Made by a program: the position numbers and the translations under genes. Of a stretch of 64,000 nt of DNA, positions 11,512 to 24,804 are shown in pieces. The notes beneath the pieces were generated by a model, which worked only from the letters and a program-made list of their open reading frames with translations, was not told where the DNA came from and did no database searches. This stretch comes from Tubiluchus corallicola (lineage: Eukaryota; Animalia; Priapulida): contig JAQGDQ010000427.1 of NCBI GenBank assembly GCA_030141605.1, positions 1-64,000 of the forward strand, in the 5' to 3' direction. Position 1 is the first letter of the stretch. Each line of letters begins with the position of its first letter.

Positions 11512-13752
11512 GCTGTACTGCCTGTTTACCCTTTTTTAAACCATTAACATGAAACAAAGGCTTTTTTCTAGAAATCCTAGTGCAAAATGCGCTAAAATTT
11601 CGCGCTAAAAATTTCCTGCATTTCCCGCAATACTGCCTGTTTACCCTTTCTTAAACCATTAACATGAAACAAAGGTTTTTTTCTAGAAAGCCTCGTGTAA
11701 AATGCGCTAAAATTCTCCCACATTTCCCGCAATACTGCCTGTTTACCCTTTCTTAAACCATTAACATGAAACAAAGGCTTTTTTCTAGAAAGCCTCGTGT
11801 AAAATGCGCTAAAATTTCGCGCTAAAAATTTCCCGCATTTCCCGCAATACTGCCTGTTTACCATTAACATGAAACAAAGGCTTTTTTTCTAGAAAGCCTC
11901 GTGTAAAATGCGCTAAAATTTCGCGCTAAAATTTTCCCGCATTTCCCGCAATACTGCCTGTTTACTCTTTCTTAAACCATCAACATGAAACAAAGGTTTT
12001 TTTTCTAGAAAGCCTCGTGTAAAATGCGCTAAAATTTCGCGCTAAAATTTTCCCGCATTTCCCGCAATACTGCCTGTTTACCCTTTCTTAAACCATTAAC
12101 ATGAAACAAAGGTTTTTTTCTAGAAAGCCTCGTGTAAAATGCGCTAAAATTTCGCGCTAAAATTTTCCCGCATTTCCCGCAATACTGCCTGTTTACTCTT
12201 TCTTAAACCATCAACATGAAACAAAGGTTTTTTTTCTAGAAAGCCTCGTGTAAAATGCGCTAAAATTTCGCGCTAAAATTTTCCCGCATTTCCCGCATTT
12301 CCCGCAATACTGCCTGTTTACCCTTTCTTAAACCATTAACATGAAACAAAGGCTTTTTCTAGAAAACCTCGTGTAAAATGCGCTAAAATTTCGCGCTAAA
12401 AATTTCCCGCATTTCCCGCAATACTGCCTGTTTACCCTTTCTTAAACCAATAACATAAAACAAAGGTTTTTTTCTAGAAAGCCTCGTGTAAAATGCGCTA
12501 AAATTCTCCCGCATTTCCCGCAATACTGCCTGTTTACTCTTTCTTAAACCATTAACATGAAACAAAGGCTTTTTTCTAGAAATCCTCGTGTAAAATGCAC
12601 TAAAATTTTCCCGCATTTCCCGCAATACTGCCCGTTTACCCTTTCTTAAACCATTAACATGAAACAAAGGCTTTTTATCTAGAAAGCCTCTTGTAAAATG
12701 CGCTAAAATTTCGCGCTAAAATTTTCCCGCATTTCCCGCAATACTGCCTGTTTACCCTTTCTTAAACCATTAACATGAAACAAAGGCTTTTTTCTAGAAA
12801 GCCTCGTGTAAAATGCGCTAAAATTTCGCGCTAAAAATTTCCCGCATTTCCCGCAAAACTGCCTGTTTACCCTTTCTTAAGCCGTTAACATGAAACAAAG
12901 GCTTTTTTCCAGAAAGCCTCGTGTAAAATGCGCTAAAATTTCGCGCTAAAATTTTCCCGCATTTCCCGCAATACTGCCTGTTTACCCTTTCTTAAACCAT
13001 TAACATGAAACAAAGGTTTTTTTCTAGAAAGCCTCGTGTAAAATGCGCTAAAATTTCGCGCTAAAATTTTCCCGCATTTCCCGCAATACTGCCTGTTTAC
13101 TCTTTCTTAAACCATCAACATGAAACAAAGGCTTTTTTCTAGAAATCCTCGTGTAAAATGCACTAAAATTTTCCCGCATTTCCCGCAATACTGCCCGTTT
13201 ACCCTTTCTTAAACCATTAACATGAAACAAAGGCTTTTTTCTAGAAATCCTCGTGTAAAATGCACTAAAATTTCGCGCAAAACTTTTCCCGCATTTCCCG
13301 CAATACTGCTTGTTTTTCCTTTCTTAAACCATTAACATGAAACAAAGGCTTTTTTCTAGAAATCCTCGTGTGAAATGCGCTAAAAATTTTCCCGCATTCT
13401 CCGCAATACTGCCTGCTTACCCTTTCTTAAACCATTAACATGAAACAAAGGCTTTTTTCTAGAAAGCCTCGTGTAAAATGCGGTTAAATTTCGCGCTAAA
13501 ATTTTCCCGCATTTCGCGCAATACTGCCTGTTTATCCTTTCTTAAACCATTAACATGAAACAAAGGCTTTTTTCTAGAAATCCTCGTGTAAAATGCGCTA
13601 AAATTTCGCGCTAAAATTATCCCGCATTTCCCGCAATACTACCTCTTTACCCTTTCTTAAACCACTAACATGAAACAAAGGCTTTTTTTCTAGAAAGCCT
13701 CGTGTAAAATGCGCTAAAATTTCGCGCTAAAATTTTCCCGCATTTCCCGCAA
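11512..13752 (+). repeat. satellite array of 115-bp and 102-bp unit variants, about 20 units
   Basis: Unit AATACTGCCTGTTTACCCTTTCTTAAACCATTAACATGAAACAAAGGCTTTTTTCTAGAAAGCCTCGTGTAAAATGCGCTAAAA[TTTCGCGCTAAAA]TTTTCCCGCATTTCCCGC; spacings 12970->13085 (115) and 13085->13187 (102). Confidence 0.97.
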
Positions 13753-13754
13753 TG

Positions 13755-15010
13755 CCGCAGATGACAATGTAAAGAATATTTTTGCGGAAGCAACTTTTGC
13801 GGTTGTGAAAACGTTCCCACAGAAAAATCTGTATGCGTGTATCAGCGCGAACACAGAATTTAATTTTGGAAAGTCGACTTTAGTGAATTTTTTTACGATA
13901 AAATATCAAGTAACAATAATCCAAATAGTTCCATGCTTATAATGTGGATAATTTTGTTCTTTATTTGCAAATTAACAATATAATTACTCTGATTAATGAC
14001 TATCTATAAAAGCAAGAGGAAACAATATTTAGGAACAAAAATCAATCTCTGACAAACTTTGTACAGTTAGAGTAAAACAACGACTGTAGATGGCAGTACA
14101 GACTAATACAGTACCTTAGTGTAGTAGACTGACAATTAAATGGATCACATAATACCACGATTGGGTACTCGGTACAATAAGCGACAGTAATAGTAATACT
14201 AATTAATTTATTTCATCAATACACGAGGATGGTAAAACCTTAGCGCAATTTCCAATTGAAGCCAAGCAAAGATTTGCATAATTAGCAAAATAACGCAACA
14301 ATATATTTTTTGTAGTGAAAATGTTTTTGCGTTATTTCCCTTCCCAGGTGAAGTGGTTCTCGCACTAGAAGTTACATTTGTTGCACTGATGGCAGAGTGT
14401 AGTGACCTCGTGAATGTTTACCACAAGAGGGAGCCACGAGTTCGTCTCATCATTTTCGCGCATTCTCGCGAGTAGCCGAATATGTCATGAACTTTGTTAT
14501 TAAAGTTTAGAAGGCGGTAATTATAATGTGCTTATACAGTAATTTATCCAATCGACATTACTTTTTCAGACAAAATGTGATTAGTGAAATGTAATGAAAG
14601 ATTTTTGTATTTATTCTAGAGTTGGATATCATTTTGTGATTTGGTTTGAATGAAATCTTACTGATTTCTCATGAAAAACAAGATTCGTGACGTGGAGGAA
14701 CCATCCTGATGGATTATCTACTCGGATTAAAAGAAAACCGTAAGTTCGATCCGCCATTTACTTTGTCGACGCGATCTTGATTAATCTTATAGTGTAGTGG
14801 TTTCGCACATGTATAATCTGTAGCGCTTGCGTTTGTAACAGTTTGCTACTTGTGTTGTTGTTGCAACCTGCTGCCATCTATTGCGAGTTTTTTAAAGGTT
14901 CTGCTCGCTGTCTTGCATGTTTACCCTCTACCTACTTTCAAATAATGGTTGCTGTGAAGCCTGTCTCTAGTTCTAGATTAACACCTGTAATTAAGATTTT
15001 TTTGTCTTTC
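13755..15010 (+). repeat. dispersed repeat blocks with inverted homologues at 52580-53945 and 61950-62505
   Basis: e.g. TTTTGCGGAAGCAACTTTTGCGGTTGTGAAAACG and GGTGAAGTGGTTCTCGCACTAGAAGTTACATTTG are found as reverse complements. Confidence 0.85.
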
Positions 15011-15088
15011 ATCCAGTTATTTATTTATCAAGATGCAGCAAAATCTTACTGTATTTCATTGAGTTATTATTGCATATTCTCCGCAAAT

Positions 15089-16000
15089 TTAATGCTTAAT
15101 AATTCGTAAGCCTTGCAAAAGAGGGTCACCAAACTTACAGGGTTGGTAGCCCTGGGCGGGCGACGAACAACAGTGTGGTGACCAGTGACTGCTGGTTAAG
15201 GCGGAAGGACAATAGGCGTCTGTCAGTTTTCCAATTTTTTTTTTCGCAATTATTGGGGCACTGTGGAGTAGATGTGCACCTGGGGTTTTAAAAAGTTGGC
15301 AAGTTTTAAACGTCCGAGGGAGGGTCCAAAATGTAAAATTTGGTATCTCCAATTGGTGACCTTTTACATGCTGAGGGCTACAGGGTACACTCTCTGGGCA
15401 AAGTTATCTGTTTCACAAGGTCACAAAGCAGGCTGATCTTCATTTACTCTTCTTTAGGATCCATCTGCTCCTGCAGTTTTTTAGCTAGAGCCACAATATT
15501 TGGTATGTGGTTAGGTGGGGCCACGTTGCCGGACATGGTAGAGTGTGGGTCGTTTGGAATTTTTCCGCTAGGAGGCAAAAACCCAGAAATCGGTTTTGGG
15601 AACAGAAGTGCATCAATTGTCTAGGAATAGTTCCGTGTAGCATATCAAAAGAAAGGTCTCGAAGAGGCGAGTCGGAAGACATAGTTTACAATGAGAATAG
15701 TTAACCTGTGACTCCACTAGGGGCAAAGTAGGGGTCGAAGAAAGGAATGCCTTCCATTGTCAACCGGGACTAGCTTGTAATGCATCAAATGAAAGGCCTC
15801 GATGAAACAAATTGAATGGTGTAAGTTGTGCCACGATTGGTTGACCTCTGACCCACGGGTCATGGGTTAAAAAGTTGAAGGTTGTGATTTCGTTGTGAAG
15901 CTTAGGTCTTATGTAATCAAGCAAAAATTTAATAAAATCTAAATTATAATTTTCAAACAAAAGGCTAGCATCTTTACAGGCCCAAATCAGTAACTATTGT
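15089..16000 (-). pseudogene. degraded coding-like remnant, possibly LTR retrotransposon gag (Cys/His knuckle-like)
   Basis: Higher GC, broken ORFs on - strand with spaced C/H residues (TCQLFKTPGAHLLH...YCPSALTSSHWSPHCC...QPCKFG); no clean motif. Confidence 0.25.
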
Positions 16001-16466
16001 CTGCAAAATCTTCAGTTTCTGACAACTAGTTGATTAACATAGTTGACGGAATTACTAAAACAAAATTCAAAGTCTTCATTATCTTGCTAACGGTCATTTA
16101 TTCTAAAAAAATAAAATAAAACACTTTTGCAAATCCAGATATGATCATATGATCATTATCAAACAATTAATTGATCAGGCGATTTAATTATTTTGGTAAA
16201 AATTACAAAAATGTCACAAAATTACTACAAAGTTTCAAATGGAATGTTGCAAAAATTACAAAATGCTACATTAAGTAGAAATTCGACTTCTTTTAAACGA
16301 TCCTAAAAACAACAAATCGTACAAAATTACATGGTCAGCTCTGGCATTTAAATCTTACAAGCATCAAACATAACCTGCAGAGAACGACCACAGCATATGA
16401 CGGCAGCGGGTACGGGTAGTCCTGGTAGGGGCGGTGCTGCAGGAGCATCAGGTATTGAAAAGGGTA

Positions 16467-16955
16467 CAGTGGCGGCTCGTAGCTAAGATTAGTGGGGGTG
16501 CTGCAGAATGAAAAGGTTTTTATCCATTGTTTTAATGCTGTGTAAACGAAACAAACATGTAATTACAATGTTGTAATTGTAATCTTAAGCAAACAAACTA
16601 ATTTAAACATAAACTTGATAAACTCCTAAACAAAAAAATATTGTTTTCTTACGAATAGCCTAAATTGTCGCAGTTCAAGAATATGCCGGTACACGGCTTT
16701 TAAGCACGTGACAACTGACAACACGTACTGCAGTGAACGACAGTACTCTTTCTACCTAAAGTACAGCGTCTTATCTCAGCATAGGCACGCCAGCCAAACA
16801 CCGCGTTGCTTGGGCTGTGAAACAAATTGTACTTCCCTCACGTGCTCCGGTTCCGCACAAGTATGAAGAAAGAACTAAAGAAAAAGACTTATTATATTGA
16901 ATATTATCGATAATAATGATGCAGTACCACAGTACATATACACGAGCCGCCACTG
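16467..16955. mobile_element. hAT-type MITE (~490 bp)
   Basis: Perfect 14-bp TIR CAGTGGCGGCTCGT/ACGAGCCGCCACTG; 8-bp flanks AAAGGGTA vs AGAGGGCA (6/8, decayed TSD). Confidence 0.8.
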
Positions 16956-17206
16956 AGAGGGCAACTACAAATCCCCACTGTTACTAGTGTTATAAATGAC
17001 TTTAGATGAACATATTATTTCTTTAAGTAATGTAATTTGGTTTGCCGAAGATTTGTTAACTGCTAAGTGTGAAGAGATCAAGGAAGAGATCGAGCTAACT
17101 TGCCTGTACCGTGTCAGAAGTGTTTGCACGCCATCCATTCAAAACATTTCCTGTGCATGGGCTCATGCGTTTGGCTAATTACTGCAGACAAACTTTAAAG
17201 TCAGCA

Positions 17207-17764
17207 ATGAAAGGATACATAAATTTGTTAAACAAAGTGTTGACACTGCGTGTTTTAAAATTTCTTGGACACGGTTGCTGGTTTTCGTGTTGCTGCTTTT
17301 TTATCTGGATGTCTTGGCATGGAAACAACAAATTTGGTAGAGATCAAGTGTACATTAGCAAGCAGAGAATACGTTACATCAATGAAACTGAAAAAATAAG
17401 ATTGCAGGTGGAACATGCGTTTGTACTAGGAAGAAGTCTTCAAGGAGTTGGACTAGGAAATAAAATGTTTTACTATGCCTCTATGTATGGTATTGCCCGT
17501 ATGAATAACATGAAACAAAGCGTTATGCAAGATGATGAAATAGTGTCTGTATTTCCCAAACTCAACGCTACGCAGCTCACTGATACAGACTTTAAACAGG
17601 GTAATTTTCTTAAGGTGACAGCTAGAAGCTGTTGTTCGTATGATCCCATCATGGAACAGTTGCCACGCCATTGTAATACATCCATTGGAGAGCAAATACT
17701 GATCTCCTATCGTTATTTCCATCATGTTATTACATTTACAATGTTAATTATGCAGTTTTTGTAG
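17207..17764 (+). CDS. galactoside alpha-1,2-fucosyltransferase (GT11, FUT1/2-like), N-terminal part only; first exon or pseudogene
   Basis: GLGNKMFYYASMYGIARMN matches GT11 motif GxLGNQMFQYAxLYGIA; also CCSYD and SYRYFHH; hydrophobic N-terminus. C-terminal HVRRGD motif not found. Confidence 0.78.
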   Translation: MKGYINLLNKVLTLRVLKFLGHGCWFSCCCFFIWMSWHGNNKFGRDQVYISKQRIRYINETEKIRLQVEHAFVLGRSLQGVGLGNKMFYYASMYGIARMNNMKQSVMQDDEIVSVFPKLNATQLTDTDFKQGNFLKVTARSCCSYDPIMEQLPRHCNTSIGEQILISYRYFHHVITFTMLIMQFL

Positions 17765-19316
17765 GCCTAATTTGGTTGACGGAAATTTCAATGCATCTAC
17801 CGAATTACGTGGAGAATAGATTGACAGATACCAAAACAGACATACGAGTAAGTAGGGCAAGTTTGGCTTACATACATAATTAGCACAGAGCCGCTTTTCA
17901 ATTTCATTTGTAAAAAATGGGTAATTTAATCATCTTTAGTTAAAAATAGACATTTCATTTCACAGATACTGAATTTTATGGAATATCTATGGATATATTT
18001 TATGGATGACATCTTACATATTTCACTGACGCAATGCCAGATAGAATTAAGCCTGTATTTGTATCATAGAGACGACACGAATCTACAACTTATATATTTA
18101 ATGACGCAATAATAGACGGATTTAAGCTTGTATCATAAAGACACTAACATACAACGATTACAGCATTAATACAAGACAATTACAAGGTCAAAGATGAGAT
18201 GAAATTGTCATTAATTAAATTAGCAAAAACAGCAGAAGAACTATTATTTCTACTAGAAAAAAACATAATCTGCATCTAAAGTTGACAAAGTGTCTATAAA
18301 ATCATTCCTTAATCTTTAAAGACATGTTAAATGTGTTGTTCACTGATTTTTCACAGTATACTCAATGTTACAGGCCAACAAATCTCTAATCACAGTAAAG
18401 TAGTTATTGAACACTTGCCAAACAGTTTTGATAGGAGGAATACTATCTGTGCACACTAATTTGATTTATAGGTACGTAAAGTTGTAGCGTAAAGTAATGG
18501 TATAGTAAATGTTTTTTACTTTACAGTGAAAAGAAATATTTGCAATGTGCTATCCTTAGTCATTAATTATCATTTGTCATAATGTTTTAGTTCTTGTCTT
18601 TGTGTTATTTTCTACAGCTAAGAACGAAATGTAGATATTACAACAACACAAAATTAAATTCACGGTTTCTTTCTAGCTAAGCGAAGCGAACTTCTAGGCT
18701 AATGTTCGCTTTACTTTTAGCAATCCTTTAGCTATCTTTCAGCTACCTTTACGTAAAACAAAATTATAAATTTCAATCTGATCGCTCCAGAAATAGAAAG
18801 TCACAAAACCACCATGAGTTTTCGACAAATAGTTTCAATAGTCTGACATGAAAATAGGCTTATGTGTACGTATAATAAATATAAGCTTAAACTTCACTTA
18901 TAGACGTCTCCCAAAAAAAATATTGTGGGTTGCAGAAAGCCCAAGAAAATCTTATAAAGCAGTACTTTTTTCCTGATTTGGGAAGGCTACCTGTATTTTG
19001 TCCTTGTATCATCAGTATAACTGAGGTCAAAATCTGTGAGAGGGAAATTTTCTTTTTGGGCCTGTTGTACTTTTCTCTCACGTACAAGTAAAAGTGCAAT
19101 AATGTAAGATAGTTCTATAACAGGGTCAGAAACTAACACGCCTTGACCAGAGGCCACCTAAATTTTAAAGCTCCAGTCTTCAGCCTGACGTTTCTCATGT
19201 CACCAACTTACATTGGTAGCAGAAAATTGGCACTCATATAATCTACAAATTTGTGTGTAGACATCCATTTTGCGTAGCAAGAAAAGCTGAATATTTTTTT
19301 TCTGTCACGTGTAGTA

Positions 19317-20251
19317 TTATTGTTTCCACGTCCTCTTTCTGCTGGCAGAGTTAGCTGTTTTTTCTGCAAAATAGTATTGAGGAAAACTATAATTGAAAGC
19401 TTCATACTCACCCTCGTATAACTTATAAACTTGTTTTATTAACAGAGTAGGTATTTTAGAGTAAAATGATTTTGCCAGACTTTCAGATCGACCAACCTGC
19501 TTGCTGTGCTTCTTTTTAGACAGAGAATCACTAGTATTGTTAAAAAACAACTGTAGCACGAAACGAGATTCTTCCTCGATACGTTCATATTTGCCAACAA
19601 AATCGTAAGGTATAGTGCAAACGTGACAGGTATCAAGGAGGCTATTAAAGTGTACGTCTTTTTTGTATAATTTCAGGTTGCTACCATTTGGAAAGTTTCT
19701 TTCGTCATCAACCAAATATTGCAAAAACTCATGGAAAGTAGAATACGTTCCTTTTTTGTCGGACTTCGAATAACGTTCACTTATAGTTTTGCTCAGTGAA
19801 TTATATTTTTCACTGTAGCCAGTTAGTTTATCTCGCCAAGCTGACAGAATTCTTGCAAACGGTTCACGAACGAAGAAGAACTTCTTATAATCAGCGAATA
19901 CATTTGCCAGTTTTTCTTTAAGCTCAGTTTCGTAGATCCGGTAAAAATGTTTCTTCACATCTGGGGGCTTAGTTGTCGGACTTTTTGTTGATAATTGTGA
20001 AAGAATAGTTTTCTTAATTAAGCTTTGCCAGTTCAAACATCCTACTTTCGGAGAACTGCACCACAGCACTCTGTGCATATGATCAACAAATATTAAGGTC
20101 AAATAATTTTCACCTCTGTCTGCTGTGCTGTTGAACGTTTTTTCTGTGCAGTACTGATGAATATGTTTGATTCGAGCCACATTTTCTTGCTTGACCAATT
20201 CAATGCCTCTCTTTAAAGTTTGCTTTGTGGGGCTGTCCGTGTTCCTATAAT
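19317..20251 (-). CDS. carbohydrate sulfotransferase (Sulfotransfer_2, CHST8-14/CHST11-like), catalytic exon 2
   Basis: PKVGCLNW (5'-PSB), KFFFVREPFARILSAWRDK (3'-PB), CHVCTIPYDFVGKYE, LYEGEYEAFNY; acceptor TTTTTTGCAG|AT at 20252/20251. Confidence 0.93.
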
Positions 20252-21159
20252 CTGCAAAAAACAGGAATAAATTTGCAATGCAAGCCAACATATAAATACC
20301 ACAAAATCTGAAAAGCATCAATCAATGATGTAAACATAATCATGCAGATTTTGAGAACCATCATCAACATCTGTTCAGATCAAATATCACCCACAACTCA
20401 GTTTAGTCTGATGATTAGTTCAAGATTTTTTAAGTAAAGACATGATTCCTCTGTTTCTCTCATTTGTGCCAAAACGTTTATACACATTCTAAAGTAATTT
20501 TGTGAAAATCCGCCTATAACTTATATAAATGAATTTTTTCTAGAATTAGTGAATTTTTTAGGAATATTTTGAATAGTTCTGACGTAACACTGAATACGTC
20601 CATTAAAAATGACGACAACGACGACGACACCTACAGCACCAACACCAACAGTACAGCATCACAGTGAAACCATTCAAAACATTTTGCACAAAATCGAAAC
20701 TGTGTGCTATAATAAATGTTCTTAGTCTGTCTACCAATAATGCACGGACATTCTACGTAGTTTTATTTGCTGCTTCTCAGATGATAATAGGCTAACAGAA
20801 CTTACACGTAAAATCTGTAACACAGTAGAACGGCGGGTGAAGACAATGCCTGCAACAGCCGCGTAATTTCTCAAACTCCAAGACAATGGATGTTCTAAAT
20901 AGCGTGCAGTACATGGGGTAGAATAAGAAGTACGAAATACTCCCCTCCCGTTTCGTCCAGTATACGTCTCTCCTAGTGAAACCACCAGCACCCTGTTGAA
21001 CGTTTCATCCGCTTTCTGCGTCTGTGTTTATTTTTCCTCAACATGCCCGTAGCGGGTATCAGTGGCCCTCCTGCGAAATCTAGATATGACAATAACACCC
21101 ACCATTGAATGGGCTATCTAACTATTACCAGCTCGTCTCCTGTTCTCTAGAAATCAGAG

Positions 21160-22194
21160 TGTTGTGAATCAAATTTAAAATATGAATTTAATTGGGAATT
21201 AATCGGAGTTATCAAATGAATTAGATTACCGAGATAAAACCATCCCTCCCTGAGTTTGATATTGAATTTCATACAATTTGATTATAGGTGACTCACCCAG
21301 CTTGTAGCTTGAATTTAATGAGTTCAAGAGTTCGAATCTAATAAGCATAGATGACGCAGATTAGTAAAACAGGGAAGTGTAAGAATCAAAGAGACACCGC
21401 TTGTTAACGGTTTACATACCAATTAGTAAAGTAAAAGTAAGGCCAGCGCTGACCATTTGTTGAGAAGCGAGTCAGGAAATTATTTTGTTAAAGTTCAGTA
21501 ACAGTCATTACCGATTGTAAACTTAGCCTACAGAACATTCCACACTGTCTAGGAAGGAAGGGTTGTGACTTCTGGTGTACTAAATCATCAGAGATGGTGC
21601 AATCATCAGTGACCAATGCGCAATGCGTGACAGAAGAACTTTTGCTTTATAAGCTTAGGAAAAGTTCAAAGTGCGCACACACACATCTAGACACACGAGT
21701 GAGGAGAGTTGTTGCCGTTGTTCTTGTTTTTCCGAAATATTCTGCAAGTCGACAGATATTCTTTAGCTCAGCGTAGTGATTCTACTGCGTCCTTTGCAAA
21801 GTCAAAGCACTGATGCTAAGAGGTCTCGAAGAGGAACAAGGATCTGGCCAATAGCGATTGTAAATTGGCCAGTCCGTGAGTTAAGTAGATTTACTTTACT
21901 TACTGTAAATTGTACCTAGAACTGTATTTGTAACAGCAACGAATTGTATTGTTGTGTCACTTAAGCACCGTAAGTGCAGCATCGCAACTTAAGTATTAGT
22001 ATACGTGAATAGTATCTCTTTGGAATCTAAGATTAATTGTAAGTGCCCACCAGCGCATAAGAACAAATCTTGTATTATTTTGGAAATTTAATCTGAAGTG
22101 TAAACGTCAACCGTAATAAACTATTCCTAAAGTTAACGTAACTTCTGAGTTGTGTTGATGTTTAACGAGTTACCTGAGGCTCATAATCGTAACA
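21160..22194 (+). mobile_element. solo-LTR-like element (~1.03 kb) in the sulfotransferase intron
   Basis: Begins TGTTGTGA, ends TCGTAACA (imperfect inverted ends); TATA-like TTTATAAG near 21647 and AATAAA near 22115. No TSD. Confidence 0.5.
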
Positions 22195-22699
22195 CTAAAT
22201 CCTTGATTGAACCTGAACGATTCGCATTGTACAGCTCATTGCGGGAGCTCGCTTGTAAACTCGAGGGATACAGATCTATACTCATAACGCAATATTTCGA
22301 GGTTACAGTTGTGTAGGACCATATCAAAGCCTTATCAACTGAACCGAAGCCCTCGGGGTCGGGCAATTGATAGAGCGCCGAAATTGTCTGGAAGCAATCG
22401 AAGTGTGAATCATAGATTCGATTAATTGCAAAATTAATCAAGATCGCTTGTTTCGAAAATAAAGGGCGATAAGAGGTATAAGTTTTGCAAAAAACGATCG
22501 AAAATACGACGAGGAATATGTCACCACATTAATATTGTAATCTTTTTAGTGATCGCAATAATATGTGCAACATTTAGTTCTACACTTCGCATAATAGAGT
22601 TCAAGAAAAATGATGTTACTTGGGTGTATAACAATATAATTGTTCTATAATAGCAATATACCAAAGTATAATAACCAAAATCAGCATGAATGTTGTTAA

Positions 22700-23686
22700 C
22701 AGTGGCGTGCAGTCGGTTGTGGAACGACGCATACAACCCACTAGTGGGTCTGGCGGAGTGCTGTAAGCGGCCACCAACTTATTTTCCTGTATTCTAACTC
22801 ACTTAGATCTGATTTGGTACCCAGACTTCTTTAAACGTGAAAAATATGCTTATAATAATAAGTCAATATTCAGGCATATTTATCTATGACTTTTGTAGCT
22901 ACTGTAGAGAATGGATTGTAGATATTTGAAACTCAGCGGCTCAACGAATGAACTAACCATTTGTAGGCCTCATTCCATTTCTGTTGTGCAGGCCTTACCT
23001 AAAATACTTGATAAAGTATTGCACAATCAAGTTTTAACCTACTTGAAAATCATTAACTCACTTATTAATAAATTGTCTCGCTGACGACAGTCACATTAAA
23101 TTGACTGATTGGTAAAGTTGAAATTCAAAGTAATACAACTAAACTATCAGCTCTAAACTTGGAAAAGAAAATTTAAGCAAAACTTTATGGCTTTTTGTCC
23201 TAATGTGCAAATAAGTTACCAGAAAAAAGACTGCTTTAAACTTTTCAATGAATCATAACATATTTAAAATGTGGTTGGGTAAAATGCATTAAAACTCAAT
23301 TGTCTATTGTCAAATTGTCAGGGGCTTGACATATTGCTTATTAACTTGTCTTCATAAACTGGATGAAATTTCCTAAATTTAGTGTTTCGATAATTTTGAT
23401 TGGACAAGTTTCGTATCTAAATTATAATGAGTGTGCTTCTTTCACTTTGGAAAATACGGTGAATGCATGTAGCTCCGTCGCTTGTTTAGTGTGATGGTTT
23501 CGCAAAACCTATAGCCTACTGACATTATAATACAATAGGAGCGTAAAATGTTAATAAATATTAGCAATAATTGTTAATTATTGGAATTATTAGAGATATT
23601 TACAAGTGCTTTTTACATCGTAATTAATTTTTGGAAATGTGTAAGTATGCAGTGCATCCCTTGCGTGCATGGACTGCTCGCCACTG
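22700..23686. mobile_element. hAT-type non-autonomous element (~990 bp) in the sulfotransferase intron
   Basis: TIR CAGTGGCGTGCAGTC / GACTGCTCGCCACTG (14/15); flanks GTTGTTAA vs GTAGCTAA (6/8). Confidence 0.72.
22972..23075 (+). pseudogene. non-LTR reverse transcriptase fragment (CR1/L2-like)
   Basis: Translates SISVVQALPKILDKVLHNQVLTYLK, resembling the RPISxLxxLSKILEKxxxxQL motif. Confidence 0.6.
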
Positions 23687-24804
23687 GTAGCTAACATTCA
23701 TAGGCCAACTTCTTTTTAATGATTTGCTTTTGCTTTTTTTTATGTTGCTTGAATGTCGTGCTCATTCGCCTTATGCATGGTCATCATACAGCTTCAATTT
23801 TAAGATTGTTCAAACAGAATTTCAACTAGAATTTTCACAAATTTTGTCGCAGTTTGTAACATCTTGCGTATTGCCCCGTTGATTATTAATATAATTTACA
23901 TTTTAATAATGTTAATGTAAATCTAATATTTTCATAAGCATTTTCATAAACATGAATCTAATCATAAACATGTTGTAGTTAGTGGCTAGGCAACATAAGT
24001 TACCATGGATTCAGTCTGGGCAGGCATTGCTACCAGATTTTAACCCCTTCAGGACTGCACCACTCCAAATAGATCTGATAAGACTTTTCTGCTACATCAT
24101 GAGCACAGACATAACCAGATTACAAATTAGGTACTGTCCTATTCAGAATCTCGGCTATCCAATCACGCAATTTGTTTAATCATTGATAAGTTACTTAATT
24201 GGATAAAATTAAGAAAAACACGCTCTTTTCAGGCACTCCAACTTGGCCTATCGAGTAGCTCATAGTGTACACTAGCGCGATCGTACACACTACTTTATTG
24301 ATCACGTGCTTGCTATAGGCCAAGAGAGCTGTCTGCTGTACAGAGTTCCAGGAAAAACCTACCCATCAGCCAAGGATAAATTAAAGTCGTCTCACTTGTA
24401 ACAGGAATTTCTCCTTAAGAATAGAGTAGACTTGAGGCTAAAGTGAATCACAGTGTGTTGTGTCTGGATAGTTCAAGTTTTCTGCATCAACCGATTTCAC
24501 ATAAGTGATACTGAACATTGTTGAGGTTGAAACGCTTCAGTTACTGAAAGCGTTTTGCAATTTTTTCATCAAAAATAAATTTAAGGTAATTTCATAATTA
24601 TATAATTATACATAATGGCAAGTACATTTCGTATATAATTTTGCCTGGAAATCGACTGTAAGAGGAGTAGAAACCTACAAAATCTATCAAATATAATGTA
24701 ATCATTTCTTAGTGAGAGCAGCTTTTGATGAACCTATGCAAAATGCAGCAAGCTTTTACGGTACTGAAGGAGTTTTAAATGAAGCAATAAGTAGGTCTAC
24801 TCAC

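Noticed and set aside
11592-13230. ORFs with 34-aa repeats (FHVNGLRKGKQAVLREM...), also at 47241-48958
   Set aside because: Arise because the 102-bp unit is a multiple of 3; 115-bp units and poly-T/A indels break the frame.
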